A stretch of DNA of 10,297 nucleotides from positions 1 to 10,297 of the forward strand of contig CAZJRS010000003.1 of NCBI GenBank assembly GCA_964548585.1. Reading direction: 5' to 3'. This document shows, piece after piece, positions 1-6,763 of this stretch. Within the stretch, counting starts at the first letter, position 1; the number at the start of each line of letters is the position of its first letter. The stretch comes from an uncultured Methanocella sp. GTDB lineage: Archaea; Halobacteriota; Methanocellia; Methanocellales; Methanocellaceae. A model generated the notes under the pieces. That model had not been told where the DNA came from and did not search any database. It saw only the letters and a list, made by a program, of their open reading frames with translations. The position numbers and the translations under genes are program-made.

Positions 1-93
1 CATTAACTGATTGTGACAGAAAGGGTTAATATGAGTAGCCCAGATGGTAATCCGCTCGAATTTACTTCGTGACTTGATTCAAGGGGCTAAACA

Positions 94-1275
94 GTGGCGG
101 ATGCGCAGAGATCTGTTTCAATACTAGTGGCATGTCTGCTGTTTATTGGGCTGATGATGTCAGTAGCTCTCTTTTACGTAGCGTTATCCGGTAGCAATGC
201 CCTGTCGGCAGTAAACGAACCTGTCATAGGCAATATCACTTTCGTCGAAGCCGGGCTGGAGCAGTGGCAGACCCAGGGCCAAACTTATTCTTCCCGGGCT
301 ACGTTCCACCGGGATGAGACCGGGGCCGAAGAGGTAAGCGGCAACTTTACCTTCACCCTCCCGGACGATGGATACACCTCCGAAGCGGTCTCTTTCAAGA
401 ACTGGTCGCGGGGCTCTAACTTGACGATCCCGTTCGACTATACCGTTCCTTCCGACTCATACGCAGGTGCCATTTCACCGGTGTTCAGGCTCGACTTCGA
501 CGGGAACATCACCGTGCACTATGATTATTTGAACGTGACCGGCCGCTACGTCTTCGTCAGGTTCGATATCGCCGACCCGGAGCCGGACAAGGATAACCTC
601 GGAAATGACGATCTCAGCACCCTTGTGCCCCCCGGCCACTACGATCAGCGTTTTGCGGTCCGGGAGGCCGACGCGTATAACAATTCGCTGAACGCTTCGA
701 TGGCACTGACCAACGGAGTCGAGCCCTACCGGACAAAAGACCTTTACGGCGCCATGAAAAATGTCACCGCGTACGTGAACAGGCAGATGACTTCGGACGT
801 GGAAAACTGGCAACAAGACCCTTACTACGGGGACTTTACCCAGAGCGACTGGTACATCGGTTACAACCAGTCCGGCTTCGGCCCGCGCTACCATGGGATC
901 TGTAAAGACTACGTATCGCTGGCCCGGTCCTACTACCGGTCGATGGGAATACCGGCCAAATTCATCATCTGCGTCGAAAAAGATCGGGAAGGTAAGGTTT
1001 ACAGTCACGCATGGCTGGAAGTCTACGACGGGTCGAGATGGGTCCACGCGGACCCGGCATGGAATCAGTTCGACAACCCCCAGCACTACGCAAATAATGG
1101 TTACACCGGCATACAGGTACGAGAGCTATCTGTCTGCGTTAAAAAACTCACCAGCATCAAAAGCTCCGGAGAAGCCGACGACCTGATCTTCCAGGCCTGG
1201 ATCTACTGGGATACCGAAGGCAGGATGGACTTCGAGACTGTGGTCGACCGGGGAATAGATCCCATGTACAACTGA
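94..1275 (+). CDS. Membrane-anchored extracellular transglutaminase-like (Cys-His-Asp) protein, heavily N-glycosylation-sequon-decorated
   Basis: 393-aa ORF. GTG start at 94 preceded by AAGGGG at 81-86. N-terminus has a basic residue then a hydrophobic stretch (RSVSILVACLLFIGLMMSVALFYVALSG), consistent with a signal anchor. The C-terminal half carries a transglutaminase-like core: GICKDY (Cys), SHAWLEVY (His) and VHADP (Asp). About 10 NxS/T sequons (NIT, NFT, NWS, NLT, NIT, NVT, NNS, NAS, NVT, NQS) are typical of archaeal surface glycoproteins. High GC3. Confidence 0.75.
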   Translation: MADAQRSVSILVACLLFIGLMMSVALFYVALSGSNALSAVNEPVIGNITFVEAGLEQWQTQGQTYSSRATFHRDETGAEEVSGNFTFTLPDDGYTSEAVSFKNWSRGSNLTIPFDYTVPSDSYAGAISPVFRLDFDGNITVHYDYLNVTGRYVFVRFDIADPEPDKDNLGNDDLSTLVPPGHYDQRFAVREADAYNNSLNASMALTNGVEPYRTKDLYGAMKNVTAYVNRQMTSDVENWQQDPYYGDFTQSDWYIGYNQSGFGPRYHGICKDYVSLARSYYRSMGIPAKFIICVEKDREGKVYSHAWLEVYDGSRWVHADPAWNQFDNPQHYANNGYTGIQVRELSVCVKKLTSIKSSGEADDLIFQAWIYWDTEGRMDFETVVDRGIDPMYN

Positions 1276-1287
1276 TTTTAGGGGTGG

Positions 1288-1318
1288 GAGACGCTAAACT
1301 GTTAAGACCTGGCGTCTC
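1288..1318. terminator. Hairpin (GAGACGC / GCGTCTC, 7-bp stem) between convergent genes
   Basis: Inverted repeat at 1288-1294 and 1312-1318, about 17-nt loop, in the 85-bp gap between the stop of the + gene (1275) and the stop of the - gene (1361). TTTT sits 5' of it on the + strand (1276-1279). Confidence 0.3.
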
Positions 1319-1360
1319 TGGCGTTCAATGAAAAATCACTTTCGTCACCGAGTACGACTC

Positions 1361-2089
1361 TCATACAGGGAACATATTCTTGATGATCTTCCCTTCCCAT
1401 CCGCCTACGATCCAGCCGACGATGGCGCAGATCGGGACGAGTCCGCAGCACGAGCATATTGGATTTTGGATGTGGCCGGGGTACCCGAACAGGGCTGAGA
1501 GGATCGTACCGGCAGCGACCGCGAACGAGAGCGTTACGGACAGTACGATCGAGCCGATTATCCGGGCTTCTTGGTCGCTTCCCAGCGTTTTTCGTAGTTG
1601 TACGATCGTTATTACCGGGGGGACGAGCATTGCGATGGCGGCCAGCAAAGCGGCGGCGACCAGCCCTGGCCTGGTTTCGAGGCGAATACCGAGGAAGACG
1701 AACGAGGCCGCGATGATCAAGCCAAAGGCGGCACCCATGATGGCCGCGGCCATGAGGTTTTCCATGGAATAGTAGGCGACGCGCTCGTATACCACCGTAT
1801 GTCTGGGGGCTTCATACCCGTAGTCTGTGCCGGGAGGACGGGCATACCCGACGTCCTCGTAGTCGGACATTCGTGCAGAAGCCTGTGATAATCTCTTATC
1901 GTACCGGGTCTTCGCAGCCGGATCTGACAGCGTCTGGTACGCATCATTGATCTCGCGCATCTTCTCCGCGGCTTCGGAAGACTGGTTTTTATCCGGGTGG
2001 TACTGGAGGGCGAGCCGGTGGTATACCCGTTTGATCTCCTCGGGACTTGAATCCCGCCTTACGCCCAGAACATCGTAATATGTCTTCAC
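1361..2089 (-). CDS. J-domain (DnaJ-like, HPD motif) protein fused to a C-terminal 4-TM membrane domain
   Basis: 242 aa. N-terminus YYDVLGV...IKRVYHRLALQYHPDKN...EAAEKMREINDAYQTLSDPAAKTRYD is a canonical J domain with HPD. It is followed by four hydrophobic helices (LMAAAIMGAAFGLIIAASFVFLGI; GLVAAALLAAIAMLVPPVITIV; IIGSIVLSVTLSFAVAAGTILSALFGY; CSCCGLVPICAIVGWIVGGW). GTG start at 2087-2089 with no in-frame ATG upstream (stop at 2108-2110). GGTGG sits 5 nt upstream on the coding strand. Confidence 0.8.
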   Translation of the reverse strand: MKTYYDVLGVRRDSSPEEIKRVYHRLALQYHPDKNQSSEAAEKMREINDAYQTLSDPAAKTRYDKRLSQASARMSDYEDVGYARPPGTDYGYEAPRHTVVYERVAYYSMENLMAAAIMGAAFGLIIAASFVFLGIRLETRPGLVAAALLAAIAMLVPPVITIVQLRKTLGSDQEARIIGSIVLSVTLSFAVAAGTILSALFGYPGHIQNPICSCCGLVPICAIVGWIVGGWEGKIIKNMFPV

Positions 2090-2139
2090 TCGACCACCAT
2101 GGGGTTTTTATGGGTTCTATGACTCAATCTCACCGGCAG

Positions 2140-2156
2140 GGGTTATATATTTAATG
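2140..2156. promoter_or_regulatory. Shared divergent AT-rich TATA-like element (GGTTATATATTTAATG)
   Basis: The only strongly AT-rich block in the 104-bp gap between divergent genes 1361..2089(-) and 2194..2850(+). It is near-palindromic (TTATATA / TAAATATATAA), so it could serve as a TATA box in both orientations. Confidence 0.35.
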
Positions 2157-2193
2157 CAGAAGCACCGACGATCTAACGGCGGAGCTGTTTACT

Positions 2194-2850
2194 TTGATGA
2201 AAGCCGTAACCAACCGTGATTTTCCTATGCTTGAAGCCATTCTGGAGCGGCTCTTCAGCATCAGGCTGGAATACGACCCGTCGCTGTTCCCGGTTAATCG
2301 GCTTGAGGAGGGGCCGCTCGTTCCCGCCATCCGGCATGATCCGTTAAACCGGATACGGTCGCTGGCATCAGGTGCCAGAGTCCAGCGTATGTCGTTCGGG
2401 ACCTTCCGTCAGATCGTCCGGGAGATACTATGTAAGGACCCTGCCGGAAGACTCCGCATCATCTTTGTCGAAGGGGTCGAAGATCTGTCCTTTGGGATGG
2501 CTGCCGGGACGAACATCATCGGCTTCAACATGTCTCGCCATCGTCTTGTCTTCGTTGGCGTACCGCCGGAACTGGACCCAATCTCGCCCGACTGCGCCTA
2601 CGTACCCCGCACCATGGACGGCTATCTGCTGGCCGTAGCGCTGCACGAGATCTACGAGAACCTGACCGGCGACGTTCGCCACTGCCGCAACCCGGGGAAG
2701 TGCATCAACTCGGTGTGTCGCCTGTATGAGAATGGTACTTGCTGTGTCTGCATGGGCGGGCTGATCGACCACAAGTACCCCGACCTGCAGCTAGAGGACC
2801 TGTACTGCGAGGAAGATCTTGATGAATTACGCAGGGCTTTGAACCGGTAA
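2194..2850 (+). CDS. Archaemetzincin-like (peptidase M54-like) zinc-binding protein with variant active-site motif HEIYE-x3-G-x3-HC and a C-terminal Cys cluster
   Basis: 218 aa. The segment LLAVALHEIYENLTGDVRHCRNPGKCINSVCRLYENGTCCVCMGG resembles the archaemetzincin signature HExxHxxGxxHCxNPxCVM followed by a Cys4 zinc site. Here the second His is replaced by Glu (HEIYE), two extra residues precede the Gly, and the Cys spacing differs (C-x5-C-x4-C-x7-CC-x-C). About 150 residues of catalytic-domain-sized sequence precede it. High GC3; ATG start. Confidence 0.5.
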   Translation: MMKAVTNRDFPMLEAILERLFSIRLEYDPSLFPVNRLEEGPLVPAIRHDPLNRIRSLASGARVQRMSFGTFRQIVREILCKDPAGRLRIIFVEGVEDLSFGMAAGTNIIGFNMSRHRLVFVGVPPELDPISPDCAYVPRTMDGYLLAVALHEIYENLTGDVRHCRNPGKCINSVCRLYENGTCCVCMGGLIDHKYPDLQLEDLYCEEDLDELRRALNR

Positions 2851-2862
2851 CGCACCTATGCC

Positions 2863-2904
2863 CGGCTTCGGATTCAAAGCCGCCTGCCATCAGCCTGGAA
2901 AAAA
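2863..2904 (-). terminator. Terminator for the minus-strand regulator operon: oligo-T (A6 on + at 2899-2904) directly after the stop, plus hairpin CGGCTT/AAGCCG
   Basis: The stop of gene 2906..3685(-) is TGA (TCA at 2906-2908 on +). On the minus strand it is immediately followed by TTTTTT, then a 6-bp-stem hairpin (2863-2868 / 2877-2882). This fits archaeal oligo-U termination. Confidence 0.45.
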
Positions 2905-2905
2905 C

Positions 2906-3685
2906 TCATCTGATGCGATCTGGTTCTATGACATCATAATCGATGCCGGCAGTCTCGACTTTTTGGATCGCCTGAGGGGCCAGGTCCTCTGAGACGATCA
3001 GGGTTGCCTTGACTCCTTTAACCGCAGCTTCTACAGCTGCATCTACGGGCCCGAACAGAATGTCTGGTTTTACGGCAGCCTTCCGCAGCGCGGCCAGCGC
3101 CTCGATTCCGGACACGCAGATGATCCCGGTGGCCAGGCGCTTTAATGCCTCAGCGTTCACCGAGTGTGAGCCGCCGTTTGCTATGACCGGAATGCGAATC
3201 ACCGTTAACTTCCCCTGTTTTAAGGGGATCAGGCCAACCAGCCCTGAAACGCCCACGTCTTCTCCGGCGGCTGCGCTATTAAAAGCAATGCCACTGGCGC
3301 TTCCGCTCTCGTGCCCGGCGTAGAGAATACCGTTCTCCATGGTCAGAAAAACCGTCTCATCCTTTTTAACCGGTTCCCGGGCGATGGTCGCCCAGACAGC
3401 AACCTGCCCTATCACGCTGTTGAGCACATACTCCGAATAGTCTTTCAGTTCCCTGGCGCCCGCAATGATGGATTCCACTCCAAGCGGGGTCACCGTATAC
3501 TGGCCCCGTCCCGTCGAAGTGATCATGCCATCGGCTACCAGGTCTTTAATGTACTCGGATACCGCCTGGGGCGTGATGCCCAGCGAATCCGCGATCTGGC
3601 TCTGCTTGATCTGGGGCTGGCTCGCGGCCACCTCGACCAGGATCTGGAACCGTGTAACCTCTCGCTTCTTCTCCAGAACGGTCAT
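2906..3685 (-). CDS. Winged-helix (MarR/ArsR-like HTH) transcriptional regulator with an uncharacterised ~170-aa C-terminal Gly/Ala/Val-rich alpha/beta domain (possibly DRTGG-like ligand-binding domain)
   Basis: 259 aa. N-terminus TRFQILVEVAASQPQIKQSQIADSLGITPQAVSEYIKDLVADGMITSTGRGQYTVTPLG is a clear wHTH. The C-terminal part (GIAFNSAAAGEDVGVSGLVGLIPL...ATGIICVSGIEALAALRKAAVKPDILFGPVDAAVEAAVKGVKATLIVSEDLAPQAIQKVETAGIDYDVIE) looks like a small nucleotide- or metabolite-binding alpha/beta domain. The ATG (3683-3685) overlaps the stop of the upstream gene by 4 nt (ATGA). Confidence 0.7.
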   Translation of the reverse strand: MTVLEKKREVTRFQILVEVAASQPQIKQSQIADSLGITPQAVSEYIKDLVADGMITSTGRGQYTVTPLGVESIIAGARELKDYSEYVLNSVIGQVAVWATIAREPVKKDETVFLTMENGILYAGHESGSASGIAFNSAAAGEDVGVSGLVGLIPLKQGKLTVIRIPVIANGGSHSVNAEALKRLATGIICVSGIEALAALRKAAVKPDILFGPVDAAVEAAVKGVKATLIVSEDLAPQAIQKVETAGIDYDVIEPDRIR

Positions 3686-4215
3686 GGCCGCTCCTTGACG
3701 ATCTCCAGTCGCTGGCCTTTGACAGCGATGCGCCCTGACCGCTTGGCTATGGCTTTCAGAAACGTCGGGCTTTTGTCGAAGACACGCGCGAGATTGATCA
3801 AAGAGGCGTTGCCTTTCTCTACCTCGGTTTCCACGTCTTCGGCCAGCTTACGCAGGCCCTCGTCCATCGAAAACGAGACCATGATGAGCTCGCTCATCTC
3901 TTTCATCGTGCACTGGAAACTGGTCCGCACTTCACTGTAGGAAGTCCGGTACTCCTGCACAGGCGGCTGTCCTGGCTCAGGCATGCGCCACCTGCTCTCG
4001 ACCAGCCCGCCCTGCCGCAGCGCATCCAGGCTTTTGCTGGTATCCTTGCCGGTGATGTTATCCAGCTCTTCCTTGGTCTTCCACCCGGTGGACACTTCAT
4101 CAAATACCTGCGAATGTAACCGCGAGTTGAATACCTGCAGAAGCGGCACTATATCTGCGGCATCGTTGATGATCTTTGTCCTCTTAACGCTCGGCTCCAT
4201 CAAACTGGGCTCCAT
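3682..4215 (-). CDS. ArsR-family-like winged-helix regulator with ~90-aa C-terminal extension; first gene of a two-regulator operon
   Basis: 177 aa. IINDAADIVPLLQVFNSRLHSQVFDEVSTGWKTKEELDNITGKDTSKSLDALRQGGLVESRW matches the ArsR/SmtB wHTH pattern (recognition helix followed by a GLV wing). There are two tandem in-frame candidate starts, ATGGAGCCC at 4215 and ATGGAGCCG at 4200. A TATA-like AAAAATATAT element (4235-4244) lies about 25 bp upstream of the first ATG, suggesting a leaderless or short-leader transcript. The stop overlaps the downstream regulator's start (ATGA). Confidence 0.65.
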   Translation of the reverse strand: MEPSLMEPSVKRTKIINDAADIVPLLQVFNSRLHSQVFDEVSTGWKTKEELDNITGKDTSKSLDALRQGGLVESRWRMPEPGQPPVQEYRTSYSEVRTSFQCTMKEMSELIMVSFSMDEGLRKLAEDVETEVEKGNASLINLARVFDKSPTFLKAIAKRSGRIAVKGQRLEIVKERP

Positions 4216-4295
4216 TCATAAAACATGACATAGAAAAATATATCACAAATCGGCAATAAACTTTTTGAAGGATTGCATCCTACAGAGCTACTTCT
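4216..4295. promoter_or_regulatory. Divergent promoter region between the regulator operon (-) and hypF (+); TATA-like AAAAATATATC at 4235-4245
   Basis: An 80-bp AT-rich spacer (about 30% GC against about 57% in the flanking coding sequence). A BRE-like purine run plus TATA is correctly placed for the minus-strand gene. A second A/T block (AATAAACTTTTT, 4255-4266) lies about 30 bp upstream of the hypF ATG. Confidence 0.4.
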
Positions 4296-6533
4296 ATGAA
4301 AAAAGCGAGAATCCTGGTGAAGGGCATAGTTCAGGGCGTAGGCTTCAGGCCATTCGTCCACCGCACTGCCAACGAAGCCGGCGTGGCCGGATCAGTGCGA
4401 AACCTGGGCACCAGCGTCGCCATCGAGGCTGAGGGAGATGACGCCGCAGTAGAACGATTTATCGCGAAACTACGGACCGGCCCGCCCCTGGCCCGCATCG
4501 ACTCCATCGACGTAGAGTATGGAACCTACAAAAGCGGGCGCGAGGGCTTCGTCATTGAAAAGAGTGGCCAATCCGGCTTCGGCGGCTTCATTCCCCCGGA
4601 CACCGGTATCTGTAACTCCTGCATCAGCGACATGCAGCACACCGTTCACTACCGAGACTACTGGGCCACTTCCTGCGTGGACTGTGGCCCCCGCTACGCA
4701 ATCATGGATAACCTGCCTTACGACCGGGAGAACACCTCTATGGCGGACTTTCCGCTTTGCGAGGCTTGCCTGCGGGAGTACCAGAGCCCAGACGATCGAC
4801 GGTACCACGCCCAGACCATATCCTGTCCGAAGTGCGGCCCGAAGCTGAGCTTCTATGACTCTGAGAGGCGAGAGCGGACGCCCGCACTCGAAGAAACTAT
4901 AGCCGCCCTTCAGGGCGGCCAGATCGTGGCCATCAAAGGCGTGGGAGGATTTCACCTGTGCTGCCGGATGGATGCCACACCGCTGCTGCGGCAACGCAGA
5001 AATCGTCCGGAGCAGCCCTTCGCGCTCATGGCGCCACTGCCAGTGATCGAGAAATACGCCTGCTTCTCCGCGGGTGAACGGGAGCTGCTCGACTCGCTCA
5101 AGCGGCCCATCGTGCTGTTAAAGAGAAAGGACACCGTGCCCGAAGATGTGTCGCCCGGCCTGAACACCGTGGGCTTCATGACGCCCTACACCGGCTTTCA
5201 CCACTTACTGTTCAGCGGAATCACCGAGCCGCTCATCATGACCAGCGCCAACCTGCCCAGCGAGCCCATGGTCAGGGACAACGACGAGGCTTTCCGCCGG
5301 CTGGGAGCCATCGCCGACTGCTTCCTCCTGCACAACAGGCGCATCTTAAACCGCTGCGACGACACCGTGCTGCGGTGGAACAACGGGAGCATGTTTTTCA
5401 CCCGGATGGCCCGGGGCTACGCGCCAACGTCCTTCGTCCTGCCTGAGAAAGCACCGAAGGCGATTCTCGCTATGGGGCCAGAGCTGAACTCGTCCATCTC
5501 CATCTACAAAGATAACCTGTGTTACCTGTCCCACCACCTGGGAAACATCACCAACCCGCTGGCGCTCGACAACCTCCGGGAAACCGTAGATCGGATGTTG
5601 AAGATGACGCAGGTGAAGCCGGAGATCATCGCGTGCGACCTGCATCCCTCCTTCCTGTCCAGCAGGCTAGGAAGAGAACTCGCACAAAATTTCGGGGCGG
5701 TCGTGGTACCTGTCCAGCACCACCGCGCTCACATCGGCTCTCTCGTCGCGGAAGGCATCGACATCGACGAAGTCGTCGGCGTGGCCATGGACGGGGTAGG
5801 GTACGGCGAGGACGGCACCGTCTGGGGCGGGGAAATCTTCTCCGGCTCAGGCCACACTGCCGGGCTGCTGCCTATGCCCATGCCCGGCGGCGACCTGGCG
5901 ACGAAGTTCCCGTTGCGGATGGCCGCAGGCATCCTGCATGGCTCCTGCGATAATTCCCGGATCAGGCAACTACTGGAGCTGAACATGACCGACGTGGAGG
6001 CAGGGGTAGTCTTACGCCAGGTCGAAACAGGCATCAACGTGGCTTACTCCTCCAGCGCCGGCCGGGTACTGGATGCCGTAGCCGCTGTCCTGGGCATCTG
6101 CTACAGAAGAACCTACGAAGGCGAGCCCGCGATGAAGCTGGAAAGCGCCGCCTCGGCCGGCGCCGCCAGTAAGGTCAGGCTGCGCCTGGATATCATCAAT
6201 AAGGATGGAATGCGGTTTATTGACTCCCGGTCTTTCCTCCGGTCTGTGGTTGAGGCACTGGATGAGGGTCGGCGCAAGGCCGACATCGCAGCCGCTGCCC
6301 AGGCTACACTGGCGAAGGCATTTGCAGACCAGGCATGCGAGGAAGCCCGAATCTCCGGCAAAAGTATCGTCGGGTTCAGCGGCGGCGTGGCCGTCAACGC
6401 AGCCATCGGCAGCGTCATCGAAAGCATCGTAAAAGATAATGGGTTACAGTTCGTCACCAACCATAAGCTGCCCTGTGGCGACGGAGGAGTATCCTTCGGA
6501 CAGGCTGTGCTGGCAAACCGGGCAAACAGATAA
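4296..6533 (+). CDS. hypF: [NiFe]-hydrogenase maturation carbamoyltransferase HypF
   Basis: 745 aa with the full HypF architecture. N-terminal acylphosphatase domain (VKGIVQGVGFRPFV). Two Zn fingers CxxC-x18-CxxC (CNSCISDMQHTVHYRDYWATSCVDCGPRY and CEACLREYQSPDDRRYHAQTISCPKCGPK). YrdC/Sua5-like domain (IVAIKGVGGFHLCC). C-terminal Kae1/YgjD-like carbamoyltransferase domain (HHRAHIGS ... VGFSGGVAVN). ATG start; high GC3. Confidence 0.95.
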   Translation: MKKARILVKGIVQGVGFRPFVHRTANEAGVAGSVRNLGTSVAIEAEGDDAAVERFIAKLRTGPPLARIDSIDVEYGTYKSGREGFVIEKSGQSGFGGFIPPDTGICNSCISDMQHTVHYRDYWATSCVDCGPRYAIMDNLPYDRENTSMADFPLCEACLREYQSPDDRRYHAQTISCPKCGPKLSFYDSERRERTPALEETIAALQGGQIVAIKGVGGFHLCCRMDATPLLRQRRNRPEQPFALMAPLPVIEKYACFSAGERELLDSLKRPIVLLKRKDTVPEDVSPGLNTVGFMTPYTGFHHLLFSGITEPLIMTSANLPSEPMVRDNDEAFRRLGAIADCFLLHNRRILNRCDDTVLRWNNGSMFFTRMARGYAPTSFVLPEKAPKAILAMGPELNSSISIYKDNLCYLSHHLGNITNPLALDNLRETVDRMLKMTQVKPEIIACDLHPSFLSSRLGRELAQNFGAVVVPVQHHRAHIGSLVAEGIDIDEVVGVAMDGVGYGEDGTVWGGEIFSGSGHTAGLLPMPMPGGDLATKFPLRMAAGILHGSCDNSRIRQLLELNMTDVEAGVVLRQVETGINVAYSSSAGRVLDAVAAVLGICYRRTYEGEPAMKLESAASAGAASKVRLRLDIINKDGMRFIDSRSFLRSVVEALDEGRRKADIAAAAQATLAKAFADQACEEARISGKSIVGFSGGVAVNAAIGSVIESIVKDNGLQFVTNHKLPCGDGGVSFGQAVLANRANR

Positions 6534-6542
6534 CCCGAATTA

Positions 6543-6567
6543 CCCGGCCACGCAAAGGCCGGGTTTT
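6543..6567 (+). terminator. Intrinsic-type terminator after hypF: hairpin CCCGGCC-acgcaaa-GGCCGGG followed by TTTT
   Basis: Perfect 7-bp GC-rich stem (6543-6549 / 6557-6563) with a 7-nt loop and a T4 run (6564-6567), 10 bp past the hypF stop. A second T-rich stretch lies at 6596-6620. Confidence 0.55.
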
Positions 6568-6623
6568 AAACCAGCGCTTCGTGGGCCTCAAACCCGGTAT
6601 TTTTGTACTTTTCTTCACTGTCT

Positions 6624-6700
6624 CGACTGACCACATTAAATTATATATGAAAATGCTATATCTTAAGCGACTGGATATTGTGGGTCATATCCATCGACTG
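6624..6700. promoter_or_regulatory. Upstream control region of SPFH gene: three CGACTG hexamers (6624, 6668, 6695) flanking inverted repeat GGATAT-n8-ATATCC (6673-6692) and a strong TATA-like TTAAATTATATAT (6636-6648)
   Basis: Read directly from the sequence. The arrangement CGACTG-GATAT-tgtgggtc-ATATC-cat-CGACTG is a composite symmetric site 70-95 bp upstream of the ATG at 6764. A second A/T element, GCTTAAAATGAAAG, lies at 6731-6744 (about 25 bp upstream of the ATG). Confidence 0.35.
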
Positions 6701-6763
6701 CATCGGGGTATGGTGCGAGTCCTTAGTCAGGCTTAAAATGAAAGTGTTTGAGCAGGGATACAC

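Noticed and set aside
475-1086. 203-aa minus-strand ORF (and 893..1186 + ORF) inside the transglutaminase-like gene
   Set aside because: Antisense or out-of-frame shadow ORFs, common in about 57%-GC coding DNA. They have no motifs and are fully nested in a gene with clear domain evidence.
1380-1947. Cluster of +/- ORFs (1380..1772, 1459..1716, 1598..1888, 1717..1947) overlapping the J-domain gene
   Set aside because: Shadow frames of the J-domain/4-TM gene. The translations are Arg/Pro-rich low-complexity typical of off-frame GC-rich sequence.
2372-2890. ORFs 2372..2638(+), 2428..2772(-), 2652..2855(-), 2705..2890(-) overlapping the archaemetzincin-like gene
   Set aside because: Nested or antisense with no recognisable features. 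The + frame at 2194 has coherent motif content and high GC3.
3009-4228. Plus-strand ORFs 3009..3323, 3311..3940, 3465..3698, 3983..4228 and minus 3903..4103 overlapping the regulator operon
   Set aside because: Opposite-strand or off-frame shadows. The minus-strand frames contain clear wHTH motifs and the ATGA coupling.
4470-6636. Many ORFs overlapping hypF, including 4470..4994(-) and the Arg-rich 5519..5953(+) RRGRHRHRRSRRRGHGRGR
   Set aside because: hypF is unambiguous over the whole span. The Arg-rich 'protein' is the classic off-frame reading of GC-rich codons. 6439..6630(+) and 6454..6636(-) run through the terminator hairpin.
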